64,000 nt of DNA from a bacterium (GTDB lineage: Bacteria; Zhuqueibacterota; Zhuqueibacteria; Residuimicrobiales; Krinioviventaceae), in NCBI GenBank assembly GCA_963675755.2, contig CAXXMD010000001.1, forward strand, positions 326,049 to 390,048, in the 5' to 3' direction. The first letter of the stretch is position 1; every line of letters starts with the position of its first letter. The notes beneath the pieces were generated by a model. The model was given only the letters and a program-made list of their open reading frames with translations. It had not been told where the DNA came from and searched no databases. The position numbers and the translations under genes were made by a program. This document shows, in pieces, positions 15,908-25,843 of the stretch.

Positions 15908-17098
15908 ATGAACATGAATCGCAGAAAGTTTATGGGCGTTTCTACTGCAGCGTTACTTGGGGCTGGTGCCTTGAAATCCGGTTTCGCTGCCGGTGAAAAA
16001 TACACGGCATGTGTGTTGGGCGATACTAACCAGGGCGGATTCGGACACCGCATGCACCTGGTTTGGGAAAAGGTTGACAATGTAGAACTGCTGGCAATTT
16101 CGGACCCCGATGAAAAGGGCCGGGCACAGATTGCAAAAGAAGCCAAACCCAAACGTACCTATGCCGATTATCGCGAAATGCTGGAAAAAGAAAAACCGGA
16201 TTTTCTCACCATAGGTCCACGATGGACCCATCATCATGTAGAATATCTCACTGCCGCCGCAGAGTACAATCTGCACGGATTGATGGAAAAACCGCTGGCT
16301 GTGGATCTTGCGGCAGCTGACATAATGATAGAGATCATTGAAGCAAAGAATTTAAAGTGGTCCATGGCGTTCAATTTTCGTCCCACAACAATCGTTCAGC
16401 ACGCCATTAAAATGGTGGTAGAAAAAGGACTCATTGGAGATATCCTGGAACTGCGCGGACGCGGCAAGGAAGACCATCGCTCCGGCGGGGAAGACCTGCT
16501 TGTGCTGGGCACCCATGTTTTTGATATCATGCGATATTTTGCCGGTGATCCGCTTTGGTGTAGTGCGGACCTTACCACTATGGGCAAACCTTCCACATTA
16601 AAAGAAATATACGAATCCAAAGAGAATCTGGGGCCCATGCTGGGCGACCGGGTCAATGCCATGTATGGATTCAAAGACGGTATTGTGGGATATTTTGCGT
16701 CCTCTCGCAATTCTGACGGTAATGGCGGCAGATGGGGACTGGATATATATGGATCAAAAGGTATTGTCACCATCCGTTTGGACAAACGTCCTTTTGCGTA
16801 CCCGGTTGCGTACTGGCTGAATGATTCCACCTGGGCACCGGGAGAAGAAAATGTTGCATGGCAGCCCTTGCCGGATGCGCCCGAGTTGGGCATTACGGAT
16901 CCCCGTACAGAAAACTATTTGCCCATTGTTACGGATTTGATAAAGGCTGTAGAGCAGGACCGTCTGCCCAAAGTGAGCATGCAGGATGGCCGCGCGTCAC
17001 TCGAGATGATTCAGGCGGTGTACGAATCTTATTTGACCGGTAAAAAGGTGACATTCCCGTTAAAGGAGCGTGTACATCCGTTGATACGGTTAACATAA
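15908..17098 (+). CDS. Tat-exported Gfo/Idh/MocA oxidoreductase
   Basis: NRRKFMG twin-arginine signal; MEKPLA motif; LGTHVFD. Confidence 0.85.
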   Translation: MNMNRRKFMGVSTAALLGAGALKSGFAAGEKYTACVLGDTNQGGFGHRMHLVWEKVDNVELLAISDPDEKGRAQIAKEAKPKRTYADYREMLEKEKPDFLTIGPRWTHHHVEYLTAAAEYNLHGLMEKPLAVDLAAADIMIEIIEAKNLKWSMAFNFRPTTIVQHAIKMVVEKGLIGDILELRGRGKEDHRSGGEDLLVLGTHVFDIMRYFAGDPLWCSADLTTMGKPSTLKEIYESKENLGPMLGDRVNAMYGFKDGIVGYFASSRNSDGNGGRWGLDIYGSKGIVTIRLDKRPFAYPVAYWLNDSTWAPGEENVAWQPLPDAPELGITDPRTENYLPIVTDLIKAVEQDRLPKVSMQDGRASLEMIQAVYESYLTGKKVTFPLKERVHPLIRLT

Positions 17099-17115
17099 TT
17101 GATTAATTGCCTTAA

Positions 17116-17187
17116 AATAGAACACGAATGACACGGATAAAACAGATTTGCACAAATCCGTGTCATTTGTTTAATTCGTGTTCTATT
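17116..17187. repeat. Nested palindromic REP-like element, possibly acting as a terminator
   Basis: Outer AATAGAACACGAAT/ATTCGTGTTCTATT and inner ATGACACGGAT/ATCCGTGTCAT inverted repeats. Confidence 0.7.
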
Positions 17188-17279
17188 GAACCATAAAAAA
17201 TACTTGAATACTGCCTGATTTCGTTTATATTATAGAATTATTTCCTCTTGAAAATTACATCATTAATGGAAAGGGCGTT

Positions 17280-18392
17280 ATGGACAATACGTTGAAACCG
17301 GGACAGGGGCCTGCCGGACGGCTTGCGTCGCTGGACTTTTTTCGGGGATTTACCATGTTTTTGTTGATAGCAGAGGGGACGCATCTGTTTTCCAAACTGA
17401 TTTCTCCCGAGCTTGAAGGCACATTTATCCATTTTATCGGTACGCAGCTGCACCACCATCCCTGGCACGGTCTGCGATTCTGGGACCTGGTACAGCCCTT
17501 CTTTATGTTTATTGTGGGTGTTGCTATGCCTTTTTCCATCTCGAAGCGTATAGAGAGGGGAGACGACAAATCCGCTATATTTAAACATGTGCTCCAACGG
17601 TCGCTGCTGCTGCTGCTCATCGGATGGGCGCTGTACTGTATAGGACCGGGACGTATTACCTTTCGATTTCAAAACGTACTGGCGCAACTGTCTGTTACCT
17701 ATTTCATCGCTTATCTGCTCATGAAACGCTCATGGACTACCCAGATAAGCTTTACCATCGTTCTGTTGATTGCGGTGGATTTGCTTTATCGATTTTTTCC
17801 GGTGGCGGGATTCAATCAGCCGTTTGTCCCGGACCATAATTTTGGCGCCTGGTTCGATATGCTTATTTCAGGCGAGCTTTCCAGCGGGCACTGGGCGTCG
17901 TTCAATGCCTTTCCTACCACGGCGCATACGGTTTGGGGTGTTATTGCGGGACAATTATTAATGAGCGACAAATCCGACAAGCGCAAGGTGCTTACGCTCG
18001 TTGTCGCGGGTGTGGCGGCATTGATTGCGGGGTACGCTTTGGATCCGGTCACGCCTATCATCAAGCGCATCAGTACCAGTACTTTTGTACTTGCCTCGGG
18101 TGGATGGGCTTTGCTGGCCCTGGCGTTCTCGTACTGGATCATTGACATGCTGGGTTATAAAAAATGGAGTCTGTTCTTTGCCATTGTAGGCATGAATCCG
18201 TTGTTCATCTATCTGTTCGGGCACGTGGGCGGCTCGGGTATTGTGTACTCGATTGTCAAACCCTTTTCTATTGGACTTCTATCGTGGATCAACCCGCTTT
18301 TTGCCGAGATCGTCACAGGTATGATTACATGGTATCTGTTGTGGTATATCTGTTACTGGTTGTACAAACGGAGAATTTTTATAAAAATATAA
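17280..18392 (+). CDS. DUF5009 / heparan-alpha-glucosaminide N-acetyltransferase-like membrane protein (NagX family)
   Basis: RLASLDFFRGFTM, WDLVQPFFMFIVGVAMPFS, PIIKRISTSTF, GMNPLFIY; multiple TM helices. Confidence 0.85.
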   Translation: MDNTLKPGQGPAGRLASLDFFRGFTMFLLIAEGTHLFSKLISPELEGTFIHFIGTQLHHHPWHGLRFWDLVQPFFMFIVGVAMPFSISKRIERGDDKSAIFKHVLQRSLLLLLIGWALYCIGPGRITFRFQNVLAQLSVTYFIAYLLMKRSWTTQISFTIVLLIAVDLLYRFFPVAGFNQPFVPDHNFGAWFDMLISGELSSGHWASFNAFPTTAHTVWGVIAGQLLMSDKSDKRKVLTLVVAGVAALIAGYALDPVTPIIKRISTSTFVLASGGWALLALAFSYWIIDMLGYKKWSLFFAIVGMNPLFIYLFGHVGGSGIVYSIVKPFSIGLLSWINPLFAEIVTGMITWYLLWYICYWLYKRRIFIKI

Positions 18393-18397
18393 ATTAT

Positions 18398-18426
18398 AAA
18401 GCCGGTCAATATTGATCGGCTTTTTT
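18398..18426 (+). terminator. Intrinsic terminator
   Basis: AAAGCCGGTCAA-TA-TTGATCGGCTTTTTTT. Confidence 0.75.
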
Positions 18427-18521
18427 GTTAAAAATTTAATTCTGATAATTACCACTTTAGCAGTTGGTAGTAGATAGGTTGCCTACACCTCGTATCCGGG
18501 ATTATAGAAATGTGATTATCA

Positions 18522-18550
18522 CCTCCCGGAGGTCCCAGACCTCCGGGAGG
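18522..18550. repeat. REP-like palindrome family A, copy 1
   Basis: CCTCCCGGAGGTC-CCA-GACCTCCGGGAGG; recurs at 20312 and 22510, half copy at 23031. Confidence 0.85.
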
Positions 18551-18569
18551 CTGTTGAAAAACTAATATA

Positions 18570-18723
18570 CTCTCCTTACCAAATACAATTTGGTAAGGAG
18601 AGTTGGCTCCAAGCTGTGCTTGGAGAGAATCGAACAACTCAAGTGTCGTTAATTTTTAAACAATTGCGAAGCAGAGCTTCGCACCAAAGTTCCGTCCCAA
18701 ATTCCAATTTGGGACGGAGAATT
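18570..18723. repeat. Four-hairpin REP-like cassette family B, copy 1
   Basis: CCTTACCAAA..TTTGGTAAGG / CCAAGCTGTGCTTGG / GCGAAGCAGAGCTTCGC / CCGTCCCAAA..TTTGGGACGG; second copy at 22843-22994. Confidence 0.85.
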
Positions 18724-18796
18724 GATGGTTTTTTAAAGTTATGGCATATTTTAATAATAAACGGGGGTGCAAAATAGTCTCATATCCATTTGAAAA

Positions 18797-20272
18797 CTAT
18801 TTTTTATCACTTGGAGCGTCAGCACCGCCATCGTAAATTTTCGGGATAATAGTCTGTTTTCCGGTTTTTATTTCACGTGGGAGTTTATAGACCTTGCCAT
18901 CTTTATTGCAGAAATAGATGTTGGACTCTGAAACCTTTCTGCAATTTCCATCCGCCCATAATCCAAAAAAATCACCATGAAAATTCACAGGCCGCCGGAC
19001 GTATGTGTGATTCTGGGGGCTGTTGTAGGTTAACTGTTTCTCTTTTTCCCAACTCTTGCCGGCGTCATTGCTAATCCACAACGCTATTTCTCCACCCGGA
19101 TTATAACGCTGCGGGCCCGGTTCAGTGGGTGCGATAATCTTCCATTGCTTGTCCGATGTGATGTACAGCGATCCCATATCGTAATTATTGTCAGAGGTTG
19201 TAACATTATGGTTAACCCATTTTTTGCCGTTATAATGCAAAATCTCCCACGTTCTTGGATCGTTTTTAGGACCGGATTCATATCCCTTGCTGCTGATTAC
19301 CAATATCACAGGATTTCCCTTTTTATCAAAAGCCAAATCTTTCAGGTAGCAATTCAGACCATCTTTTTTATAATCTTTTATTTTGGCATTATTATCAATT
19401 TGAGTTAGCGGGAGTTTTATTTCTTTACCGTTACCATTAGTCCAGGTTTGTCCAAAGTCAGGTGTTTGTAAATAATATAAATTGGTGCGCCAATTCAATC
19501 CGCCCTCATCCGGGTGGTAATTGAACGCGACGGAAAAATTTCCATTGTTTTCGCCGCTGATTTGATAGTGTCCCTTGTCAATTCTGGCAATTATTTTCCA
19601 TTCTCCCCATTGCACGCCATCTTTGCTTGTATTATAACCAATAACCCGTTGATTTACATCATTTTTATCTTTTTGGTATTTGGTAAAAAAGGCCATAAAT
19701 CCTTTTTCTTTTACATACCAAACCTGGAAATAGGAGAAATTATTAAAGGGTACTGTTTTGCCGTCAACGATTTCTGTCGCATTGATCGGTTCAATTTCTG
19801 ATATATCGAAGGGTTTGGTGCTTTTGGATATATACGATGGTCGAGATGTACCATGTGAAGTGGAAAAAATCCAGATAAACCCGTCCTTATCCATTGATAT
19901 TACCGGATTGTCATGTGCATCTGTTGTATGTTTGTCAAGAACAACAGTGGGATTCGCTACTGCACCGGTCTTGTGATCAAAATAAGAAACATTGTGAAAT
20001 AAAGTAGAATTCTGGTCGTCACTGGCCCCAAAGCAAAAAAAGGTCTTTTCTGCTTTTTCAGAATACACTGCAAAGGGCCGGTGCTTTGCGCAATACGTTC
20101 CCAGGCCTCCGCTGTATTTGAAAACATACTCGTCGTTGGATTTCTGATTTGAATACCAGATGCCTTTAAACCCATCAGCTTTAATGTTTAATCGTTTACC
20201 AACATCATTTTCCTGTGCTGCCAGGGGGTAACAGTATAGAATGATTAATATCAAGCATGTTAATTTTTTCAT
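18797..20272 (-). CDS. Secreted BNR-4 repeat beta-propeller protein (putative glycosidase or lyase)
   Basis: Signal peptide; KYSGGLGTYCAKH and DAHDNP motifs; Asp-box repeats (TSKDGVQW, TPDFGQTW, SNDAGKSW). Confidence 0.75.
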   Translation of the reverse strand: MKKLTCLILIILYCYPLAAQENDVGKRLNIKADGFKGIWYSNQKSNDEYVFKYSGGLGTYCAKHRPFAVYSEKAEKTFFCFGASDDQNSTLFHNVSYFDHKTGAVANPTVVLDKHTTDAHDNPVISMDKDGFIWIFSTSHGTSRPSYISKSTKPFDISEIEPINATEIVDGKTVPFNNFSYFQVWYVKEKGFMAFFTKYQKDKNDVNQRVIGYNTSKDGVQWGEWKIIARIDKGHYQISGENNGNFSVAFNYHPDEGGLNWRTNLYYLQTPDFGQTWTNGNGKEIKLPLTQIDNNAKIKDYKKDGLNCYLKDLAFDKKGNPVILVISSKGYESGPKNDPRTWEILHYNGKKWVNHNVTTSDNNYDMGSLYITSDKQWKIIAPTEPGPQRYNPGGEIALWISNDAGKSWEKEKQLTYNSPQNHTYVRRPVNFHGDFFGLWADGNCRKVSESNIYFCNKDGKVYKLPREIKTGKQTIIPKIYDGGADAPSDKK

Positions 20273-20311
20273 GATTTTGTACCCTTGTTTTGCTTATCAT
20301 TAAGTGCCATT

Positions 20312-20342
20312 ACCTCCCGGAGGTCCCGGACCTCCGGGAGGT
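20312..20342. repeat. REP-like palindrome family A, copy 2
   Basis: ACCTCCCGGAGGTCCCGGACCTCCGGGAGGT. Confidence 0.85.
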
Positions 20343-20348
20343 GCAAGA

Positions 20349-22367
20349 TTAAAGAACAATATATTTAAAAAATCTAAAATCCGGATTTTGTGTGATTTCA
20401 AATTCCACATTTCCCATGTCATCCACTTTGACGGTTCGGGTGGTTTCATTGATCAAATCGGTAAGCTCGATGGTTTGTCCTGCCAGATAATGCAATTGGA
20501 TTGTTTTTGAGGATTCCTGATTTTCTATTTCGCGAAACAAGGTAATATAACCGGATTGAGTGGTTTGGTTATGGTTCTGAAATCCTGTCCACGATGCATT
20601 GTCGGGTTTTTCGCCTATGGGATATACATAGCCCTTGTACATTTCATTACGGTGTTTTTTGTAGAGCGCCAGCAAGGGGCGTATTTCTTTACGGTCCTGT
20701 TCATCATAAAACTGTGTTTCCTGGAAAAAGATAGGAGAGCCCATCAGGGTAATGGCTACGCAATAGAGATGATTGTGTTTATTGGCGTCACTGAGATCAG
20801 GATTCACCCGATCTATATTTTGCACAGAAATTTGAAATTTGTTCAGGTTGACATATTTTGCAAGCTGCCACGCATCTCGCAGTACCAGATAGGGGACGTA
20901 TACCACATGATCGGGTTTGACCGGTTTGCGGTTTTCAAGATAAATGTTACCATATTCACGCCCAAAATAATATCCCATTCGCGGAGGATTTTCGGTCACG
21001 TCCCAGTTTACCCGGACCAGATGATGGGTATATTCTGTGAATTGATGGACTTTGGTGATCAGTTCTTCCATTTCATCATAGTTTTTAAGATTGATAAAAT
21101 CCAGTTTATAATAGTTGAATCCACCCTGATCAAAATTGAATTTTAAGTCTTCCAATGAGATTCTTTCTCCGGCTGCCCATAATCCCAATATAACATTGTT
21201 TTCCCTGGCTGTCTGTCGAATTTTGCCCCAACCATTGGGGTACCGTTCCTCAACCGGTTTCCAACTGTCATAATCACTACCCTGCCAGCCATCATCAACC
21301 TGCTGCACATCAATACCCAAATCCGCCTGGCTTTTTATTTCCTTGATTACATTTTCCTCGGATGCCCGGCTTTGAGCGGATTGTTTGTTATCCGAACTGC
21401 CCCAGGTGTTTGCCAGAATATAGATATCTCGAACCGGATCTATGGGGTACCGGTCCCGGTCAAATGTTTTAAGTGCCAGTTCTCTGCCGGTGTCTCCATT
21501 TTGGTATGCAATACTCCAGCTTGCCCATGCAGGCCTGTATCGTTCAAATAATATGTCTTTTTCTGTTAAACTCAAGCCGGTAGAGACCAATCCCGCGTGC
21601 CCAACCGTAAAATAACCGGTATTTAATCCCTGCTGATTCACACATTTGTGAGATTCTTTGACAATCCCCACGCCTTCTACACCATTTTCAAGCCATATCA
21701 AACTGGCCCAGTCATATTTCTCCGTATCCTGTAATGAGGATTCTATCAATTCTTCTCTGAGAATCTCGGTTTCTCTTTTGTTTCTTCTCTGGGTCTCATT
21801 ATAATAGCCAATGACGCGACGGTTAACGTCATTCGTTTTCACTGGTAAATACTCAACCCGTGCATTATTGGATTCGTTCGATTCCGGTGGAGTGTAATCT
21901 GATAATCTTTTTACAAAAATCTGGGTACGTATGCCGGGAGAATTCGGGTATACACTGATTTCATATTTCAGTTGCAGATTGGGAGCAGGGTACTTAATTT
22001 CAAGCACTACTTTGATATGGTCTGAAGTATAGGGATCGAACCGTACAGGTTCAGCGCATATGTTATCCAATTCAGCAGTAGTATGGTTGTCAATTAATCC
22101 GGGAAAATTCCAGTCACAGTTATAGTCAGGACTGTCTTTAATCCATTCGGTTCCGGTAATCATATTTTTAAAACTTGTTGTGACCAGCCCGTTCCCAGTC
22201 CATTCCCAATCCCTCGAAACCTGACCGGTTTCAACATGGAGTGTATTGCCATTTGTGGTTACATATGCTTGTTCAAATTGACATAATATTTTACTATCAA
22301 ATATACCTGCATACAGGGTATGGGTAAGCAGTATAACGAACAAAATATAGAACCTGAATCGCATCAT
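20349..22367 (-). CDS. Secreted GH36/GH27-clan alpha-galactosidase-like protein
   Basis: NTWG, QVDDGWQ and YYKLDF clan GH-D motifs; signal peptide. Confidence 0.65.
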   Translation of the reverse strand: MMRFRFYILFVILLTHTLYAGIFDSKILCQFEQAYVTTNGNTLHVETGQVSRDWEWTGNGLVTTSFKNMITGTEWIKDSPDYNCDWNFPGLIDNHTTAELDNICAEPVRFDPYTSDHIKVVLEIKYPAPNLQLKYEISVYPNSPGIRTQIFVKRLSDYTPPESNESNNARVEYLPVKTNDVNRRVIGYYNETQRRNKRETEILREELIESSLQDTEKYDWASLIWLENGVEGVGIVKESHKCVNQQGLNTGYFTVGHAGLVSTGLSLTEKDILFERYRPAWASWSIAYQNGDTGRELALKTFDRDRYPIDPVRDIYILANTWGSSDNKQSAQSRASEENVIKEIKSQADLGIDVQQVDDGWQGSDYDSWKPVEERYPNGWGKIRQTARENNVILGLWAAGERISLEDLKFNFDQGGFNYYKLDFINLKNYDEMEELITKVHQFTEYTHHLVRVNWDVTENPPRMGYYFGREYGNIYLENRKPVKPDHVVYVPYLVLRDAWQLAKYVNLNKFQISVQNIDRVNPDLSDANKHNHLYCVAITLMGSPIFFQETQFYDEQDRKEIRPLLALYKKHRNEMYKGYVYPIGEKPDNASWTGFQNHNQTTQSGYITLFREIENQESSKTIQLHYLAGQTIELTDLINETTRTVKVDDMGNVEFEITQNPDFRFFKYIVL

Positions 22368-22509
22368 TGTTCCTTTCTACCATATATTATGAACTCAATA
22401 GTGAATCGGAATGATGAAAGATAGGAGTTGGTATTTGAAAATCCAAAGGATTTCTTGGACCAGAAATATGTGTAAGGATAAAAATTTTTAACAACGCAGA
22501 GGTTGTCAT

Positions 22510-22542
22510 CACCTCCCGGAGGTGCCAGACCTCCGGGAGGTG
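22510..22542. repeat. REP-like palindrome family A, copy 3
   Basis: CACCTCCCGGAGGT-GCCAG-ACCTCCGGGAGGTG. Confidence 0.85.
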
Positions 22543-22612
22543 TAATATCCGCATAAGGATGTAAAGATCAGGCTATGGACAAGAAATATGTGGGAAGATT
22601 AAATTTTGATAA

Positions 22613-22685
22613 AAACGCAGAGGTCGCCAAGAACGCAGAGGTATTAGTGAAAATGTGATAACATTCCTCTGCGTTCTCTGCGTTT
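22613..22685. repeat. Palindromic AACGCAGAG element, family C
   Basis: AACGCAGAGGTCGCCAAGAACGCAGAG ... CTCTGCGTTCTCTGCGTTT. Confidence 0.7.
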
Positions 22686-22842
22686 AAACAAAGAGTAGCA
22701 AACTGGTTGATCAGACCTCGTCTCCGGGATTTTATAGGTGTGGATGTAAATGTAAAACTTTAGATTCAAATTCGAATTTTAAACAATATTTCCCACCACC
22801 CGTAAATCCCAAGACATTGGTTGACTATTAAAAAACATAGAA

Positions 22843-22994
22843 TCTCCTTGCCAAATTTTATTTGGCAAGGAAAGTTGGTTCCAAGCTGTGCTTGGAGAGA
22901 GTTTCACAACGCATAGTTTTTTAATATACAGATGCTTGTGAAGCAGAGCTTCGCACCATATTTTCGTCCCAAATCGAATTTGGGACGGAGAATT
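22843..22994. repeat. Four-hairpin REP-like cassette family B, copy 2
   Basis: Same hairpin order as 18570-18723, with a compensatory stem change. Confidence 0.85.
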
Positions 22995-23068
22995 ATTGAT
23001 TTTTACAAGAATATTGCCTTTTTCAACAATCTCCGGGAGGTGCAAGATTTACAAGATTGTAAAAAATC

Positions 23069-24373
23069 CTACCACCTCGGCAACACGCGTTTCCAGTTGG
23101 GATCGATGTGTTTACGCATTTCAGCTTCATCGTCGCGTTTGCGGTACGGTACTTTATTATATCGCTCAACACCGCGGGCAAGTTGATCATAGTCCAGCGT
23201 TACACCGAGTCCGGGTTTATCCGGGATTTTCACACAGCCCCCTATAATCGGTACGCGTCCGCCTTCAACCACCTCGTCCTTTGCGGACTGCCAGGGATAG
23301 TGCGTGTCGCACGCATAGGTCAGGTGCGGTGTGGCAGAAGCCACATGTGCCATTCCCATGAGTGAAACACCCAAATGGCTGTTAGAGTGCATGGACAAAC
23401 CGATGCCGAAAGTCTGTGCCAGTTTGGCTAGATGCTGTACCTGGCGCATACCACCCCAGTAATGGTGATCGCATAGAATGATCTGTACTGCGTCCAGTTC
23501 GATAGAGCGGGGCAGGTGTTTAAATGACGTTGTTGCCACATTGCTCGCCAGTGGCACATCAATGCCCGCTTCCAAAAGCTGTTTGCGTACCGCAGCCATG
23601 TTTTCGAGTCCAGCAGTGGGATCTTCAAGATAACCGCCGCTCGAAAGCTCCTTTGCCAACGCTTTGCCGACCTTGACAGATGTTTCCACGGTCCATGCCG
23701 AGTTGGGATCGATGCGCAGGGGCACATCCGGTCCGAATTCTATATACATTTGTTTAACGGTTTCCACTTCAATCTCCGGGTCCAGAACGCCCCCCTTGAA
23801 TTTTACCGAGCCGAATCCGTATTTGCTGATCATCTGATTTACCTGTTTCACCAGGGATTCGGGGGAGAGGGCCTCTCCGTACTCGTCCTCGCGCACATCG
23901 TCGCCTTCTCCGCCACCACCCGCATGCTTGTAAAAGGGATATGCGGAAAAGGGTACCTCGTCCCTGACACGACCACCAATCAGATCGCACACCGGTACTC
24001 CCACGGACTTGCCAATGAGATCGAGACACGCAACTTCGATGGCTGCGTAGGTGCGGGTATAGACATCCTGCGGATTTTCACCCGGCACCAGAAACGTCTG
24101 TGAACGTTCCATACCGCCTTCGCCGCTTTCCAGCATGGGGGAGAGGATGCCGGTGAGTTTGTAGGGATTGGCGCCAATGATCTGCGGTTTCAAAGCCAGC
24201 AGTGCCTGTGCAGGACCTTCGCCGCCATAGGTCTCGTTAATACCGATGATCCCGTCATCACTTTCCAGCTCGATAATGGTTCGCAGGGCATAGGGTGAAT
24301 GCAGACCGTACGAACTTCGCAGGGGTGGATCTGCAATGGCGATAGAGTGTATGCGCATGTCTTTAATTTTCAT
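23069..24373 (-). CDS. Glucarate dehydratase-like enolase-superfamily protein
   Basis: KFKGGV, LRIDPN, YLEDP, SMHSNSHLG and DTHYPW GlucD-like motifs. ATG at 24373 follows GGGAG. Confidence 0.85.
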   Translation of the reverse strand: MKIKDMRIHSIAIADPPLRSSYGLHSPYALRTIIELESDDGIIGINETYGGEGPAQALLALKPQIIGANPYKLTGILSPMLESGEGGMERSQTFLVPGENPQDVYTRTYAAIEVACLDLIGKSVGVPVCDLIGGRVRDEVPFSAYPFYKHAGGGGEGDDVREDEYGEALSPESLVKQVNQMISKYGFGSVKFKGGVLDPEIEVETVKQMYIEFGPDVPLRIDPNSAWTVETSVKVGKALAKELSSGGYLEDPTAGLENMAAVRKQLLEAGIDVPLASNVATTSFKHLPRSIELDAVQIILCDHHYWGGMRQVQHLAKLAQTFGIGLSMHSNSHLGVSLMGMAHVASATPHLTYACDTHYPWQSAKDEVVEGGRVPIIGGCVKIPDKPGLGVTLDYDQLARGVERYNKVPYRKRDDEAEMRKHIDPNWKRVLPRW

Positions 24374-24400
24374 AACGTCTCCCAAAATCCGGTTGATAGC

Positions 24401-25843
24401 TTATATCAGTGGAAATAGTTTTGCCAGAATAGATACAACCACCAGTCCCACAATTCCCATAATGGTCAGGGTTACAGAAAAATATTTTATGTTTTCCGCT
24501 TCGGTAAATCCGCTCATTTTACAGAAAATCCAGAATCCGCTGTCGTTCATCCATGGAAAGGGTTTGGAGCCGCAGCCAATTGCCAGTGCAAGATAAACCG
24601 GATGAAAGGCCAGCGTTCCTGCGGCGGCGAGACTGCTTAGAATGCCCACTGCTGTGATCATGGCAACGGTCGCGGAACCCTGCGCCGTACGCACAAGCGC
24701 GGTTACTACAAATGCCAGCGGCAATGCAAAAACATGATAATTGGACGATAGATCCTGAATGCGGGGACCAATGCCGGTTTGCTGCAAAATCGCACCAAAT
24801 GCACCACCGGCTGAGGTGATCAGAATGATGAGTCCTGCACTCGACAATGCGGCTTGAACCGCATGAGACATTTTGTCTTTTTGTCCCTTGTACACCCGTA
24901 CCAGAAGCAATAATCCGAATCCTGCCGAGATTGCCAGCGCAATATTGGGATCACCCGTCCATCCGAAAAAAGCCAAAATGCCTATTTGCAGAATGTTCAA
25001 GGACTCCGGGGCCTGAATTCCCCATGTGGTTGCGAAAATAGTATTTCCGGCAATTAATACTATAGGCAGAATAATGGGCAGTAGAGATGCTCCCAAAGAT
25101 GGCAAATCAGATTCTTTTTTGTTAGACAACTTTTGCAGCTCGTCCAGCGAAATATCCGAGGTCTCACGCACCGCCATGGGCCATTTGCGGTTTGCCCATT
25201 TGGCATAGAGGTATCCAGATGATGAAGTGAAAAGTCCCACCACAAGGCCCCCTATCATCATTAATCCAATGGATACACCCAGTTCCCCGGCAACGAACAA
25301 GGGGCCGGGAGTTGGGGGGACTAACGAGTGGGCCATGGTACCCCCGGCGATAATGGCCATGACATACAAGACATAATTCTTTTTGGTCTTCATGCCCATG
25401 GTTTTTGCCAGGGGAATCATTAAATAAAACACCGTATCAAAATAAACAGGTATTGCTAAAAGGAACCCACTTGTCAGGAATGCATAGGGCGATCGTTTTT
25501 CTCCAAACAGCTTGAGTGCAGAACGAACAATCTTTTCCGCGGCGCCGCTATCCAGTAAACATTTACCAATAAGTGCAGCCAGTGCGATTAGTATACCTAT
25601 CTTACCGCACGTCCTTCCGAATTCTGCAGCTACCTTGCGTCCCAACGACTGCTGGGTAAGCGTTTGGGTTTCGGCAGCAGTAAAGTTTTTCGATTTTGCG
25701 TATGTTTCAAGATTCGCCTGGGGGGTAAGCCCTCCCACAACGAGTGCACCCAAAAGTAAAGCGAGGAAGGGGTGAAGCTTGAGTAATAGAATCCCTCCCA
25801 ATACGATCAGCATTCCAATGAGCAAGAGGAGTAGTGGGTCCAT
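24401..25843 (-). CDS. GntP-family sugar-acid permease
   Basis: LHPFLAL, HSLVPPTPGP, RTAQGSATVAMIT, WMNDSGFW. Confidence 0.9.
   Translation of the reverse strand: MDPLLLLLIGMLIVLGGILLLKLHPFLALLLGALVVGGLTPQANLETYAKSKNFTAAETQTLTQQSLGRKVAAEFGRTCGKIGILIALAALIGKCLLDSGAAEKIVRSALKLFGEKRSPYAFLTSGFLLAIPVYFDTVFYLMIPLAKTMGMKTKKNYVLYVMAIIAGGTMAHSLVPPTPGPLFVAGELGVSIGLMMIGGLVVGLFTSSSGYLYAKWANRKWPMAVRETSDISLDELQKLSNKKESDLPSLGASLLPIILPIVLIAGNTIFATTWGIQAPESLNILQIGILAFFGWTGDPNIALAISAGFGLLLLVRVYKGQKDKMSHAVQAALSSAGLIILITSAGGAFGAILQQTGIGPRIQDLSSNYHVFALPLAFVVTALVRTAQGSATVAMITAVGILSSLAAAGTLAFHPVYLALAIGCGSKPFPWMNDSGFWIFCKMSGFTEAENIKYFSVTLTIMGIVGLVVVSILAKLFPLI

Noticed and set aside
22779-23247. Short ORFs over the palindrome cluster (also 18449-18637 and 20304-20510)
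   Set aside because: They are translations of REP-like palindromes with no RBS or protein-like features.
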